DNA from: Candidatus Sericytochromatia bacterium
GTDB taxonomy: Bacteria; Cyanobacteriota; Sericytochromatia; S15B-MN24; JAQBPE01
Direction of reading: 5' to 3'
Assembly: GCA_040400605.1 (NCBI GenBank)
Contig: JBBAPZ010000003.1
Span: forward strand, 30,407 to 94,406
Length of the DNA: 64,000 nucleotides
Shown here: one piece after another, positions 48,725-60,335 of the stretch
Numbering within the stretch: position 1 is the first letter of the stretch
Layout: each line of letters starts with the position of its first letter
Translations under genes and position numbers: made by a program
Notes under the pieces: model-generated
What the model was told of the DNA's origin: nothing
Database searches by the model: none
What the model saw: only the letters and a program-made list of their open reading frames with translations

Positions 48725-50674
48725 ATGACGCCCTCGACACCGTTTCTGAGTGAATTCGATCGCCACTTGATGTCAGAAGGACGTCATTATCGCATTTACG
48801 AAAAACTCGGTGCACATCCCGTGACGATAGATGGCGTGGCTTACGTCCATTTTGCGGTATGGGCTCCCAACGCGCGCGCAGTCTCGGTCATCGGGGATTT
48901 CAATGCGTGGGATGCGTCACGCCATCCATTGCACTGCGAGGATGCCAGCGGCATTTGGCAAGGGCTCGTTCCGTCCGTGCCGGTTGACAGCGTTTACAAG
49001 TATTCCATCCAGTCAGCGTTGAGTGATTACCGGGTCGAAAAAGCAGACCCGGTTGGATTCGCAAGTGAACTGCGCCCGCAAACCGCTTCCAAAGTCTGTG
49101 ACTTGTCAGGCTATGTGTGGGGTGACGCCCAGTGGATGGCTCAACGCGCAACCCGGCAACGTGTGAATGCGCCACTGAACATTTATGAAGTACACCTCGG
49201 GTCATGGCGGCGTCGCGAGGACAAAAGCTGGCTCACCTATCGCGAAATGGCACCGATGCTCGCGCAGTATGTGAAGGAGATGGGGTATACGCACGTCGAG
49301 TTGTTACCGGTGAGTGAACATCCCTTTGATGGCTCGTGGGGATATCAAGTGGTGGGCTATTTTTCACCGACCAGTCGGTTTGGCAGCCCGCAGGATTTCA
49401 TGTTTTTGATTGACACGCTGCATCAAGCGGGCATTGGGGTCATTCTTGATTGGGTACCGGCGCATTTTCCGCGCGATGAACATGGACTGGGTTATTTTGA
49501 TGGTTCACACCTGTATGAACACGCCGATCCCCGGCAAGGTTTGCATCAACACTGGGGCACTTTCATTTTTAATTACGGGCGCCGCGAGGTCAGTAACTTT
49601 TTGATCTCAAACGCATTGTTTTGGCTTGAACATTATCACATCGACGGCTTGCGGGTCGATGCCGTGGCGTCGATGTTGTACCTGGACTACGGTCGCAACG
49701 AGGGTGAATGGATTCCCAATCGCTTCGGGGGACGTGAAAACCTGGAGGCCATCGAATTCCTGCGGCGCTTCAACGAACAAGTGTCACTGGATTACCCTGA
49801 TGTCCTCACCATCGCGGAAGAGTCCACTGCTTGGCCGCTGGTGTCGTCCCCCACCGATTTGGGTGGGCTGGGCTTTAGCTTCAAGTGGAACATGGGTTGG
49901 ATGCATGACATGTTGGAGTACATGGCACTGGATCCCATTTACCGTCGTTATCATCATAATTTGTTGACCTTCTCCATGATGTACACCTATAGCGAAAACT
50001 ATGTGCTGGCCTTTTCACACGATGAGGTGGTGCATCTCAAAAAATCGATGCTGTCAAAAATGCCAGGGGATGATTGGCAAAAATTCGCCAATCTGCGTGT
50101 CTTGGCTGGGTTCATGTTTGGTCACCCGGGCAAAAAACTGAATTTCATGGGTGCCGAGTTTGGACAGTGGCACGAGTGGAACCACGATTTCAGTCTCGAC
50201 TGGCATTTGTTGGAATTTGAACGTCATCAACAGTTACAGGCGTGGTGGCGCGACTTGAACCACTTTTACCGTGGCGAGCCGACGCTGTGGGTGGGTGATC
50301 AGCACCCATGGGGATTCAAGTGGGTCGATTGTCACGATCAAGACAACAGCGTGGTTGCCTTCTTGCGCTATGACGAATTGGCTACCCGCGCCACCCTGTT
50401 TGTGTGCAACTTTACGCCGGAACCGCGCCGTGGCTACCGGCTGGGCGTTCCTTGGGCGGGCACGTGGACAGAAGCGCTGAACAGTGATGCCCTTGCCTAT
50501 GGTGGGAGTGGCATCGGGAACCTTGGTTGTCAAGCGGCACTGAATGAATGGTGTCACGGGCTGCCCCACTCACTGAGTCTCAATATCCCGCCGCTCGCCA
50601 CGTTGGTATTGACGTCCGTCAAACCGACGTTGCCCGGTAGCACGTCGGACGACAAGCCGGATCACGGGGTCTGA
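48725..50674 (+). CDS. glgB: 1,4-alpha-glucan branching enzyme
   Basis: [33 protein letters not shown]. Confidence 0.96.
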   Translation: MTPSTPFLSEFDRHLMSEGRHYRIYEKLGAHPVTIDGVAYVHFAVWAPNARAVSVIGDFNAWDASRHPLHCEDASGIWQGLVPSVPVDSVYKYSIQSALSDYRVEKADPVGFASELRPQTASKVCDLSGYVWGDAQWMAQRATRQRVNAPLNIYEVHLGSWRRREDKSWLTYREMAPMLAQYVKEMGYTHVELLPVSEHPFDGSWGYQVVGYFSPTSRFGSPQDFMFLIDTLHQAGIGVILDWVPAHFPRDEHGLGYFDGSHLYEHADPRQGLHQHWGTFIFNYGRREVSNFLISNALFWLEHYHIDGLRVDAVASMLYLDYGRNEGEWIPNRFGGRENLEAIEFLRRFNEQVSLDYPDVLTIAEESTAWPLVSSPTDLGGLGFSFKWNMGWMHDMLEYMALDPIYRRYHHNLLTFSMMYTYSENYVLAFSHDEVVHLKKSMLSKMPGDDWQKFANLRVLAGFMFGHPGKKLNFMGAEFGQWHEWNHDFSLDWHLLEFERHQQLQAWWRDLNHFYRGEPTLWVGDQHPWGFKWVDCHDQDNSVVAFLRYDELATRATLFVCNFTPEPRRGYRLGVPWAGTWTEALNSDALAYGGSGIGNLGCQAALNEWCHGLPHSLSLNIPPLATLVLTSVKPTLPGSTSDDKPDHGV

Positions 50675-52266
50675 GACGTCCCGGCAAAATCGCGCAAGGG
50701 TTGACGCAAGGTTTCTGGTTTCAATCGGATGGTTGTGGCTTCTCCGATGCTCGTCGCCACGACGAAGGTCACGGCGTCGTGGCGGTTCTTTTTGTCGTGT
50801 TGTATCGCATTCAGCCAATCATCCACCGCCGCATGCGGGGGTGTGATCGGCAATTCCAGGCGTCGCAACAAATCGCTCAAGGATTGAATCAGTGAGGCGT
50901 GGGCATATCCCAGTTGGGTGGCGAGTTGACAGGCAAAATGCATGCCAATGGCAACGGCTTCACCGTGCAGCAAGACACCATAGCCGCTGACTTGCTCAAG
51001 GGCGTGGCCCAGGGTGTGGCCAAAATTGAGCAACACCCGTTGGTTATCGGCCGTTTCGCGTTCATCGGCAGCTACCAGGCGCGCCTTGATGACCAAACAA
51101 CGCGCCACAAGCGCGGATAAAACAATCAAGTCGCGCCGTTCAATGGCCGTCACCTGCTCGACGATTTCCTCAAACAAGCCAGCATCGGCGATAATGGCAT
51201 ATTTCACCATTTCTGCGAGGGCCGCACGGTACTGGCGACCATCCAAAGTAAGCAAGGTGGTCAGATCACACAGCACCGTTCGTGGTTGATGAAAGCAGCC
51301 GATGAGATTCTTGGCCGCTGCATGGTTGATGGCCACCTTGCCGCCGACAGACGCGTCAATCTGTGCCAGCAAGGTGGTGGGTATCTGAACGAAGGGCACG
51401 CCGCGTTGATAAGTTGCAGCAACGAAACCGGCCAGATCACCCACCATTCCGCCACCCAAGGCCAGAATGGGATCGTTGCGATGCAGATTGGCCCGTACAC
51501 ACGCATCGTAAAGACGCTGGGCCTGAACAAAATTCTTGCTGTCCTCACCCGCGGGCACCCGGATGACATGGGGTGTCCAACCCGTGTAATGCAGGCTGTG
51601 GGTGAGTGTGTAAAAAAAGTGTTCGGGGACCTGATTATCCACCACCAGGAGGCACGCGCGAGGGGGGCCATCCAGCAAGTGGGGCAAGGTGTGAAGGTTG
51701 CCGCATCCGATGTGAATCGTGTAGCTGCGATCGCCCAGTGGCACCTGCACCGTGCGTTGGGTGTCACGCCACTGGTTAAGGATCCGTGATGCGATCGCAG
51801 CCGGTGTTTGATGCTGGGTATCAACACGCCAGGCAATCGCTGCGTAGGTGGCTTGACGTTGCTGATAAAGGGCTTCAAACGTTTCTCGTGACTGCGCGAG
51901 CGGTCGTTCCGGGTCAAGGCCCACACGTTGCCAAAGGGTATCACACGGCGCATCGAGACAGACAATGGGGCCCATCATCTGCAAAAGGCCCCGCGTTTCG
52001 GGCAGGGTGATTGCGCCACCACCTGTCGCGATAACCAGATTCGACTCATCCACAAGGCTTGCGATCGCCTGCTGTTCCCAATGACGAAAAACGGCTTCGC
52101 CTTCCGCCCAAATGTCGGTCACCGTGCGTTGGGCCATCGCCATGATCAACGCGTCGGTATCGACAAAGCGCATACGGGCTTGTTTAGCCAACAACTGACC
52201 GACGGTGCTCTTGCCACTGCCCATAAATCCCGTCAGAATGATGCGATTCACCTTGGCATCCATCAC
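50662..52266 (-). CDS. aroB: Shikimate kinase / 3-dehydroquinate synthase fusion (AroK-AroB)
   Basis: [41 protein letters not shown]. Confidence 0.93.
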   Translation of the reverse strand: MMDAKVNRIILTGFMGSGKSTVGQLLAKQARMRFVDTDALIMAMAQRTVTDIWAEGEAVFRHWEQQAIASLVDESNLVIATGGGAITLPETRGLLQMMGPIVCLDAPCDTLWQRVGLDPERPLAQSRETFEALYQQRQATYAAIAWRVDTQHQTPAAIASRILNQWRDTQRTVQVPLGDRSYTIHIGCGNLHTLPHLLDGPPRACLLVVDNQVPEHFFYTLTHSLHYTGWTPHVIRVPAGEDSKNFVQAQRLYDACVRANLHRNDPILALGGGMVGDLAGFVAATYQRGVPFVQIPTTLLAQIDASVGGKVAINHAAAKNLIGCFHQPRTVLCDLTTLLTLDGRQYRAALAEMVKYAIIADAGLFEEIVEQVTAIERRDLIVLSALVARCLVIKARLVAADERETADNQRVLLNFGHTLGHALEQVSGYGVLLHGEAVAIGMHFACQLATQLGYAHASLIQSLSDLLRRLELPITPPHAAVDDWLNAIQHDKKNRHDAVTFVVATSIGEATTIRLKPETLRQPLRDFAGTSQTP

Positions 52267-52709
52267 GATGTCCTTTGACGCGCGAGGCGCACGACAGCCT
52301 GCAGCGCCAAATGATAACCGTCGACGCCCAGTCCGGATATCACGCCATCGACGATCGGACTGATCAGCGATCGCCGCCGAAACGACTCCCGCGCGTAGAT
52401 GTTGCTCACATGAACTTCAACTTTGGGTGCTTTCACACACGCGAGTGCGTCCCGCAATACCACCGATTGGTGCGTCAAGCCACCAGGGTTGATCACCACC
52501 CCATCCACCCTTTGCAACACCGCCTCTTGCAACCAGTCAATCAACTCACCTTCGTGGTTCGTTTGCTTGCAAACAAGCGCCACTTGCATACCCCGCGCGC
52601 GAACCTGCAATTCATCAACCACTTGGGCAAGACTCAGCTGCCCGTAAACATCAGGCTCGCGGGTTCCCAAAAAATTGAGATTCGGCCCGTTCAAGACCCA
52701 GACAAGCAT
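52263..52709 (-). CDS. aroQ: Type II 3-dehydroquinate dehydratase
   Basis: NGPNLNFLGTREP, INPGG, EVHVSN. Confidence 0.95.
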   Translation of the reverse strand: MLVWVLNGPNLNFLGTREPDVYGQLSLAQVVDELQVRARGMQVALVCKQTNHEGELIDWLQEAVLQRVDGVVINPGGLTHQSVVLRDALACVKAPKVEVHVSNIYARESFRRRSLISPIVDGVISGLGVDGYHLALQAVVRLARQRTS

Positions 52710-53899
52710 TCCTCAACCCCTTGCCAACGCGCCTGCACCAACCGTTCAGATGCCTGATGATGGGCCAGTAACTCACCGAGAGAATCGCCCCCGTATTTCT
52801 CCAGACACGCGACGGCCAGCGTCCACAAGACCATGCTCTCCGCAACGACGGCACAAGCGGGTACCGCACAGGTATCCGCCCGCTCGAAATGCGCCGTAAC
52901 CGATTCACCAGAGTGGAGATCAACACTGGGCAACGCACGGGGTTGGGTGGAAATGGGCTTCATCACCGCACGCAACACCAAGGGCGCACCATTGCTCACA
53001 CCACCTTCAATGCCCCCTGCGCGATTGCTCGCATGCCGAAATCCCGGTGTCATGCTGTCGTGCGCCTCAGCGCCACTGCGCCTGGCCACCGCAAACCCCA
53101 AGCCAAATTCGACCCCTTTCACCGCAGGAATACTCATCACCGCTTGAGCCAATCGGCCATCCAAACGCCGATCCCACTGCGTATACGAACCCAGTCCCAC
53201 CGGCAAAGGCGTACTGACCACCTCCACAACACCACCCAACGACGTGCCCGCATCACGCGCCGCGTCAATGGCTGTCACCATCGCCTCCGAGGATTCAGGA
53301 TCCCAGCAAGAAACACTGGACGCCGCCACGGCTTCAACCAGCTGTGACCAAGACCAGTCAGACGGCAAAGCCGCTGCGTCGATCGAACCGATCGCAACAA
53401 CGTGCGAGCTAACCCCGATCCCAAGCTGTTTCAACAACTGACGGGCGATCGCCCCCACAGCCACCCGCGTCACCGTTTCTCTGGCACTCGCACGCTCCAA
53501 CACATCGCGCACGTCCTCGTGACCATATTTCACCGCACCCGCCCAATCCGCGTGACCCGGACGCACACGGGTGATGCGCCGGCGCGCCAACTCCGCCTCA
53601 CGTGCCGAATCCCGCGCATCCCGTGGGGCAGGTGACATCGCCAAACGCCAATTGTCATAATCACGATTCAAAACCGTCAGCACAATCGGCGCCCCCGTGC
53701 TTTGCCCCAACCGCACACCGGACTGAATCGTCACGGTATCGTGTTCAAGCTGCATCCGCCCCCCTCGACCATAGCCGTGCTGACGACGCTTCAAATCGGC
53801 ATCAATCACAGTCACATCAATTGGAAGTCCCGCAGGCACCCCCTCGATAATGACCGTCATCACAGGACCATGGGATTCTCCTGCGTGCAAAATCCGCAA
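52691..53899 (-). CDS. aroC: Chorismate synthase
   Basis: GESHG, RPGHAD, RASARET, GGIEGG, MKPI. Confidence 0.96.
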   Translation of the reverse strand: MRILHAGESHGPVMTVIIEGVPAGLPIDVTVIDADLKRRQHGYGRGGRMQLEHDTVTIQSGVRLGQSTGAPIVLTVLNRDYDNWRLAMSPAPRDARDSAREAELARRRITRVRPGHADWAGAVKYGHEDVRDVLERASARETVTRVAVGAIARQLLKQLGIGVSSHVVAIGSIDAAALPSDWSWSQLVEAVAASSVSCWDPESSEAMVTAIDAARDAGTSLGGVVEVVSTPLPVGLGSYTQWDRRLDGRLAQAVMSIPAVKGVEFGLGFAVARRSGAEAHDSMTPGFRHASNRAGGIEGGVSNGAPLVLRAVMKPISTQPRALPSVDLHSGESVTAHFERADTCAVPACAVVAESMVLWTLAVACLEKYGGDSLGELLAHHQASERLVQARWQGVEECLSGS

Positions 53900-53900
53900 T

Positions 53901-54779
53901 TCAAGCCTCCCCTACCAAGGCCTCACGCATCACCGCCAGCGGTGCGACACAGCCCGTCCAGCATTCAAAAGCCTCCGCCGCCTGACCAAGGAGCATCGCT
54001 TTCCCATCCAGGGTGACAAGGCCGCGGTCACGCGCTTGTGCCAACCAACCCCAAGACGCCAACGTATAAGACAAATCATACACCACAGTGTCCGGAAGCA
54101 GTGCCTGGACCCAACGGCCAATCACTGAATCACACCAACCGGCACCAGGATCGGGTGTCGCATTGATGATCAAGCCACAACCCGCAAACACCGAATCAAG
54201 CGCCGCCTCATCCGAATGCCGCCCAACCCCTAACGTGCCCCACCCGTCTCTGCATTCTCGCTGCACAACCTGCGCCAATGCCTCCGTCCGGTTGATGATC
54301 ACCCCGACATCGACCCCTTGATCACCCAACGCACACACCACCGAACGCGCCGCGCCCCCCGCACCCAGTATCACAACAGGACGCTCACGCGGCCAATCTT
54401 GCGGCAAACTGGCAAGAAATCCCCCATAGTCCGTGTTATGACCCACCAGGCGATCGCCTAACCAATACAAAGTGTTCACAGACCCAATCCGAGCTGCCAA
54501 TGACGTCAACTCATCCACCATCCCCATCACCGCCACCTTATGCGGGATGGTCACGTTCAAACCCGCCAAACGATTGCGACGGACTCCCAAAACAAAGCCG
54601 TCAAGCCCCTCGGGGGCAACACGAAAAACCCTGTACTCGCCCGGCAGTTCACAGTGCCGCAATGCCGCCGCATGCATAACCGGCGACAAGCTCCGCATCA
54701 AGGGATACCCGACCAGCCCATAAACGGGCACACACACACCAGATGTCACGCCATTGATGGCCTCTCCACCGCGCGGCAC
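53901..54779 (-). CDS. aroE: Shikimate dehydrogenase
   Basis: SLSPVMH, NVTIPHK, NTD, GAGGAA, NATP. Confidence 0.92.
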   Translation of the reverse strand: MPRGGEAINGVTSGVCVPVYGLVGYPLMRSLSPVMHAAALRHCELPGEYRVFRVAPEGLDGFVLGVRRNRLAGLNVTIPHKVAVMGMVDELTSLAARIGSVNTLYWLGDRLVGHNTDYGGFLASLPQDWPRERPVVILGAGGAARSVVCALGDQGVDVGVIINRTEALAQVVQRECRDGWGTLGVGRHSDEAALDSVFAGCGLIINATPDPGAGWCDSVIGRWVQALLPDTVVYDLSYTLASWGWLAQARDRGLVTLDGKAMLLGQAAEAFECWTGCVAPLAVMREALVGEA

Positions 54780-54795
54780 GCAATCACGCCCATTC

Positions 54796-55437
54796 TCAGG
54801 TTTTCGTCAAATTGCGTACGTCCTTGATAAAACTGCGCACCTCACCCCGCACAACGCCCATAGTCTCAGGCTTGCTTTGCAACATCGACACCAACTTCGA
54901 CAACACCTGTTCAATCTTGCCGCCGCGCTCAACCAGCTCAGGAATCTGAAAATGCTCAAACCCTTGATGCTGCAACTGGTTCAATTCATCCTTTACAACA
55001 TTGAAATGATCCAGTGCCTCCGTATACAACGTGGTAATCTCCTCATTCAGCTGCGACAGTGCCGACTTGAGCACCCGTTTTGTTTCATCATCAAGGTCTG
55101 GGACCTTCAGCATGGCGTTCAGTTCCTGCACCGTCAGGTAACCATCCTCATTTCTGTCGCACTTCGACACCTTATCACGGGCGCTTTTGGTCAGACCAAG
55201 CGTCGAAAACACCAAACACCCTTCCTTCCTGGGCAATGCCGGCGGCGCCTCATGGACGCCAACCGCCCGCTTGACACCGGCAAGCACGCTGTCCAACGCA
55301 CCTTTTTTCTTTTTGGGCATGCTTAGGCGGGTCGTTCCGCCACCCCGACTGACGCTCCGTGGCGGCGGTTTGGTCACGCCGAACAACAGTTTCAACCGCT
55401 GCAAAATTGATTCGATGTTAACCTTGGTAGCCATCAT
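54796..55437 (-). CDS. Hypothetical protein with one EF-hand-like loop and a helical C-terminus
   Basis: SD GGAG; DRNEDGYLTVQE. Confidence 0.65.
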   Translation of the reverse strand: MMATKVNIESILQRLKLLFGVTKPPPRSVSRGGGTTRLSMPKKKKGALDSVLAGVKRAVGVHEAPPALPRKEGCLVFSTLGLTKSARDKVSKCDRNEDGYLTVQELNAMLKVPDLDDETKRVLKSALSQLNEEITTLYTEALDHFNVVKDELNQLQHQGFEHFQIPELVERGGKIEQVLSKLVSMLQSKPETMGVVRGEVRSFIKDVRNLTKT

Positions 55438-55615
55438 TATCGCTCCGAGCGTCACCCAATCGCATCCCGCACTGCGCCACCTTGACCGACGCCAGGCACT
55501 CAATCGAATCGGAAACCGTCTCAATCCCAGGATCGGCGAACCCGGGACATACCGAGCGCCCTCATACAGGCTTTGTACCCACTCACGCAGCAATTCAAGC
55601 CGGAACCAAGCAAAA

Positions 55616-55740
55616 GGAATCATCAATTTCACTGATCCGACCACCGTGCTGCGACAGCACCATGACGAAAAATTGAACCAAACCACCGGCCGCGGAATGT
55701 CACTGACAATTAACAAACAGTCGGGGAAACTGATGGATGG
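55616..55740. mobile_element. Degenerate MITE-like element, copy D
   Basis: Left end AATCATCAATTTCACTGATC matches copy B; right 58 bp matches copy A at 50/58. Confidence 0.6.
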
Positions 55741-55847
55741 TACGTGCCTCACGACCGGGTGTCTTTTTTAGGCGGAACCTGGGTAAATAACAGCCGTGCC
55801 GGCGTGTGAGCCGGCACGGAACAAAAATGGAATGAAAGGGCAATCGC

Positions 55848-56741
55848 TTGCTGGGTCTTGGTGCGGTCGTCATTTTTGTGTTGTTGGTTCTGTCCGTCCG
55901 CGGTGGCGGGGCGTGGTCATTGTTCGATGCCCACGCTTTTTTGATCGTATTTGGCGGAACGGTGGCCGCAGCCGCCCTGGCGTTCCCGACGAGCGTCGTG
56001 TTTCGGCTGCCACGACTCCTTTTTATGGCCATCACCCAAGACAGCCTGCGCGCAGACGTGATGGCCGCGCAACTCGTCAAGGCATCACAACGCGTACAAT
56101 CACAGGGCCGTCTGGCCGCTGTCGGAAATGCGCGCGATCTGGACGACGCCTTCTTGCGGACAGGCCTTGGCATGGTCGCAGACGGTTTTGAGCCACGCGA
56201 AATCCAGGCACTGTTGGAGACGGAACTGGATGCAATGCGGGCACGGCATCGATTAGGCATCGGGTTGTATGAGAGCATGGGTGGATTTTCACCTGTATTC
56301 GGTATCTTGGGCACAGTTGAAGCGATGATCGCGATTTTGGGCAATTTAAGCAACCCGGACAAATTGGGCCCTGAAATCGCCTTGGCGATGGTAGCCACAC
56401 TCTACGGCGTCGCTTTCGCCAATTTGCTCTTCTTGCCGGTCGCCTCCCGACTGAAAAAGTTATCCGAAGACGAACTGCGTATCCGGCAAATGACAGTTGA
56501 CATTCTCGTCAATATCCAGGAAGGCGCCAAATTCGAATTCATCCGTGAACGCATGCGCCTGTCCTTGCCTCCTGCAACAAGACGCACCATTGCTGCTCTG
56601 TCGGAGCGCAAACGAAACCGTGCACGACGGGCTGAAGTGGAAGCGCCGCAACCGGTGGCTGCTCCGGAAGAGCCGATGGATGCCTACCCGCATGACGAGA
56701 ATCATGGCCAAGACGGGTATGATGACGATGAAATGTACTGA
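55848..56741 (+). CDS. motA: Flagellar stator MotA family
   Basis: IVFGGT, PVFGILGTV, ATLYG..ANL..LP. Confidence 0.88.
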   Translation: MLGLGAVVIFVLLVLSVRGGGAWSLFDAHAFLIVFGGTVAAAALAFPTSVVFRLPRLLFMAITQDSLRADVMAAQLVKASQRVQSQGRLAAVGNARDLDDAFLRTGLGMVADGFEPREIQALLETELDAMRARHRLGIGLYESMGGFSPVFGILGTVEAMIAILGNLSNPDKLGPEIALAMVATLYGVAFANLLFLPVASRLKKLSEDELRIRQMTVDILVNIQEGAKFEFIRERMRLSLPPATRRTIAALSERKRNRARRAEVEAPQPVAAPEEPMDAYPHDENHGQDGYDDDEMY

Positions 56742-56774
56742 CGCAGCACGCATAAGGGGAGGCGCACTCAGGCG

Positions 56775-57608
56775 ATGGCACGGGACTGGTCTCACGATCA
56801 AGGCGGAAACGATGAATCCGGCGGGAAAGAACGCTGGTTGGTCACCTATGCCGACATGATGACCCTCCTGCTCGTTTTCTTCATCATCATGTATGCGTTA
56901 TCCACTCGCGTCAGCGGCGAAAAGTTTGATGCACTGGCAAACTCGCTGGCACTGTCCATGAAAAAACAAAACAAACCCAAGGTGTCAGATCACATGGCCT
57001 ATAGCCCCGATGACAGTCGACAAACCAGACGATTTCTGGCAACCGCCCGTGCCGTTTATGACTCGGTCAAAAAAACGGATCCCAAAAGCGATGTTAAAAT
57101 AAATGTTGACGAACGCGGGATCGTCGTGAGCCTGGTGGACTCTCAATTTTTCACCTCAGGCTCAGCAATGATCCGTCCCGAAGCCGTACCGATTTTGAGC
57201 AAGATTGCCAAACATCTGCGCGGCCTGCCCAACGACGTGCAAGTTGAGGGGCATACCGACAACGCACCCATTCGGACCCCGCAGTTTCCCTCGAATTGGG
57301 AGCTTTCCAGCGCCCGTGCGAGCGCAGTGGTCCGATTTTTCATCGAAAAAGGGGGCATCAAGCCCGCCACCTTAAGTGCCAGAGGCTATGCCGAACACCG
57401 CCCGGTCGCATCCAACCGCACGAACGACGGGCGCAAGCGCAACCGGCGTGTCGACATTATCGTGGCGCGCCGCGAAGAATTACAACCCATCACAACCGGA
57501 TTGACCGGCGCAGGCGGCGTCACCGGTGCCCCGCTTAACGTCTCCCCCACCTTGCCCCCCACACCGGTGCCACCACCCCCCAAACACCCATTCAACAACC
57601 CTTTTTGA
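56775..57608 (+). CDS. motB: Flagellar stator MotB family
   Basis: WLVTYADMMTLL, EGHTD, NWELSSARA, NRRVDI. Confidence 0.9.
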   Translation: MARDWSHDQGGNDESGGKERWLVTYADMMTLLLVFFIIMYALSTRVSGEKFDALANSLALSMKKQNKPKVSDHMAYSPDDSRQTRRFLATARAVYDSVKKTDPKSDVKINVDERGIVVSLVDSQFFTSGSAMIRPEAVPILSKIAKHLRGLPNDVQVEGHTDNAPIRTPQFPSNWELSSARASAVVRFFIEKGGIKPATLSARGYAEHRPVASNRTNDGRKRNRRVDIIVARREELQPITTGLTGAGGVTGAPLNVSPTLPPTPVPPPPKHPFNNPF

Positions 57609-57859
57609 ACCAGCAGGCGCCTCAAAGGCAAACGCCTCACCGCGCGATCCGTCCGCCGCGCGAAACACTGGCAACCACACGTTCAACCGAATGGAAATAA
57701 ACGCCTCAAAGTCCGTGCACACAGGATTTGAAGCAGTTTTTTTTGTGCCGACAATCTTGATTATAAGTTAAGTCAACCTTGAACTATCCTTAGTATTTTT
57801 GGCACAAGCAACCGGGTGCGGTCCCGGATAACGGGATTGTACCGAGCATAAGGAGTTCC

Positions 57860-58684
57860 GTGATGAGTGGACTGACGCCCGCACCGGTTTATTATCCTCC
57901 CACCGGACCTGGCCCTTGGCACTCACCCGGTGCCGGCCTGATGCCGGCGATGGGCCAGATGCCGCCATTGAATGCGTTGGTGCCTAAAATTGATGCCAAC
58001 AACCTGGGTGAGATGACCCGTCGGGGTGCCGGTTCGCTGCCGGCGATAACGGGTGCGCGGGCGGCCGCCGAAAATGCGCGACAGGTTGTTGGCATGATCG
58101 CAGACGACACTTTTCGCGGTTCTATGCGCGTGGCGTCACGTCAGGGGATGGAAACCTACGGGAGAGCGGCGTCTTGGGGCGCACGTTCGATGCAGGGGCC
58201 GCTCGCCGGTGGTGGTATGGCAGGCTCCGAGTTTGGTGCGCGATCCATCAGTCTGGGCGGCGCGGCACGTGGAACATTTTTCTCGTTTGGGGCGGTGGGA
58301 CGGGCACTCGTCAGCTCTGCACTGTTTGCCGTGCCCAGTGCACTCATTACCAACTACATCGACTGGAAAGCTGGTCGCATCAATGACCATCAGCGAAACG
58401 TCCTGATTGTGGCGGACAGTTCCGGTTACACAGTCGTTGGTGCGACGGCCACCCTGCTTGGCGGTGCCGTTGGCGCCACCATATTTGGGCCCGGTGTCGC
58501 AGCAATCGTCGGCATCGGTGCGGCGCTTGGACTCGGCTGGGTTTACGAGAAATACATTCGACCACGCTGGGCGGCCTTCGTCGCGGGCTTTGTACCGCCG
58601 CCCAATCCCGTGCCGCCACCCTTGCCGAAAATGGTCATGCCACCGGCCCAATTTCCGATGGACCCTTCGTTGTTGCCCAAATAG
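57860..58684 (+). CDS. Hypothetical membrane protein with Gly-zipper C-terminus
   Basis: SD AAGGAG; Gly/Ala-rich hydrophobic hairpin; Pro-rich ends. Confidence 0.7.
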   Translation: MMSGLTPAPVYYPPTGPGPWHSPGAGLMPAMGQMPPLNALVPKIDANNLGEMTRRGAGSLPAITGARAAAENARQVVGMIADDTFRGSMRVASRQGMETYGRAASWGARSMQGPLAGGGMAGSEFGARSISLGGAARGTFFSFGAVGRALVSSALFAVPSALITNYIDWKAGRINDHQRNVLIVADSSGYTVVGATATLLGGAVGATIFGPGVAAIVGIGAALGLGWVYEKYIRPRWAAFVAGFVPPPNPVPPPLPKMVMPPAQFPMDPSLLPK

Positions 58685-58746
58685 ATCCGCAACGACACGT
58701 GAGATCTGAGACAACACAGTGACGACACCGTTGAGACTGTTTGAAT

Positions 58747-58890
58747 TCAGGTTTCTTCGCCCGTTGGTATCGCAGGGTGAATGCGCACATCTTCGATGGT
58801 GGGTAGCGTGAGTGGTGGCGTCTCTGCATCCAGGTGCATCACGCCATCGATATGTTTAACGGAAAAGGTCAGTTTACCTGTGTCGGCCAT
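58747..58890 (-). CDS. Small protein (47 aa), not in the ORF track
   Basis: AGGAGG 6 nt upstream of ATG; MADTGKLTFSVKHIDGVMHLDAETPPLTLPTIEDVRIHPAIPTGEET. Confidence 0.55.
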   Translation of the reverse strand: MADTGKLTFSVKHIDGVMHLDAETPPLTLPTIEDVRIHPAIPTGEET

Positions 58891-59028
58891 CGAAAGCCTC
58901 CTGGCTAACATGCGCTTGCGGCGCAACAGCGAACGCCATCATTGGCCCCCAGGAAGCAGCATTGACTATCCTTGTCAGGAAGGGTAACGCAATTTCGCAC
59001 AAATGCCAAGAATCAGGAAACGTCACAG

Positions 59029-59778
59029 TTATCGGACATCACAATTTTCGTCACCAGATGGGCCGAGTCGGGCAAGAAAGTTCTGGTCCTCGACGCTCAG
59101 CGTGACGTGTCGCAGCAAGTCAGGTCGCCGTTGGCTGGTTCTCAGCAGGGCTTGCTCGCGTCGCCAGCGTGCCACTTTGGCGTGATCGCCACCCAGTAAC
59201 ACGTCCGGAACCCCCCAAGCACCGTATTGTGCCGGACGGGTGTAATGTGGAAAATCCAGCAACCCTTCGTAAAATGAATCTTCGTGATGCGAGGCCTGTT
59301 TACCCAAAACGCCGGGCAACTGGCGCACAATCGCGTCCGTCATCACCAACGCGGGTAGTTCCCCTCCGGTCAAGACATAGTCGCCAATCGACAATTCATC
59401 CGTGACGAGATGCTCAGCCACACGTTCATCGATGCCCTCATAATGACCGCACACAAATACGACGTGGGGCGACTTGGCGAGTTCAGACGCAATCGCTTGG
59501 GTGAACGGTCGTCCCTGTGGGGTTGTCAAAATAACGCGGCTCGTCGAGGAAATGGTCAAGGCTTTGAGTGCCTGATCCACGATATCCACCTTAAGAACCA
59601 TTCCCACACCACCCCCGAAAGGCCGATCATCCACCGTACGATGCCGGTTGGCCGCCCAGTCGCGTAAATCATGTACAGCAGTCGTCAAAACCCCTGCTTG
59701 ATGCGCACGCTTCATCATACTCTCATGAAGGTAGCCAAACATCGCCGGGAAAAGGGTCAAATAGTCGATGTGCATCAA
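59029..59778 (-). CDS. trmD: tRNA (guanine37-N1) methyltransferase
   Basis: [33 protein letters not shown]. Confidence 0.96.
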   Translation of the reverse strand: MMHIDYLTLFPAMFGYLHESMMKRAHQAGVLTTAVHDLRDWAANRHRTVDDRPFGGGVGMVLKVDIVDQALKALTISSTSRVILTTPQGRPFTQAIASELAKSPHVVFVCGHYEGIDERVAEHLVTDELSIGDYVLTGGELPALVMTDAIVRQLPGVLGKQASHHEDSFYEGLLDFPHYTRPAQYGAWGVPDVLLGGDHAKVARWRREQALLRTSQRRPDLLRHVTLSVEDQNFLARLGPSGDENCDVR

Positions 59779-60335
59779 TCGTTGAACAAACCTTCCACAC
59801 AGTTCACGCGCACAACACCCTCATCAAGATCGATCGTTTTAACGAATGCATCAACCCACGGAACCAGAACCTCCCGACCGGCAGGGGTTACAACCTCAAG
59901 TAAATCCTGTGCAGCCCGCAAAACATCACGGACTTCACCCAACACCTGTCCGCCGAGATCATCCACCACCCGCAAACCCAAGACGTCCGCATACAAAATC
60001 TTGCCAGGCGATCGCTTGGCTTCTGTGTATGGAATCTGCAACCACGCCTGCCTTAAGCGCGCCGCGCTTTCCGGATCGTCATAGCCCTGAAACTTGACAA
60101 TCAACACCCCATTGCCACGCAAATGCACCCGTTCCAGCGTCAAGACCTCACGCTCACCACCGCGCAACAACGCCGTCACCGTGGTTAACTCCTTCAACCG
60201 CAGGGGATCATCCGTCTCCGGTCGCACCTTCAACTCACCACGCACCCCAACCGTCGTGACAACCTGGGCCAAATTCAGATGGGTGGGACGCACGCGACTC
60301 GCCACGACGGACTGCCGTTCAACCGGGTCAGGCAA
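59775..60335 (-). CDS. rimM: Ribosome maturation factor RimM
   Basis: [11 protein letters not shown]-barrel C-terminus (LVPWV..FVK.ID); directly upstream of trmD. Confidence 0.88.
   Translation of the reverse strand: MPDPVERQSVVASRVRPTHLNLAQVVTTVGVRGELKVRPETDDPLRLKELTTVTALLRGGEREVLTLERVHLRGNGVLIVKFQGYDDPESAARLRQAWLQIPYTEAKRSPGKILYADVLGLRVVDDLGGQVLGEVRDVLRAAQDLLEVVTPAGREVLVPWVDAFVKTIDLDEGVVRVNCVEGLFND

Noticed and set aside
55848..57608. Zorya ZorAB defence system
   Set aside because: MotA lacks the long ZorA tail, motifs are flagellar-type, and no zorC/D/E is adjacent
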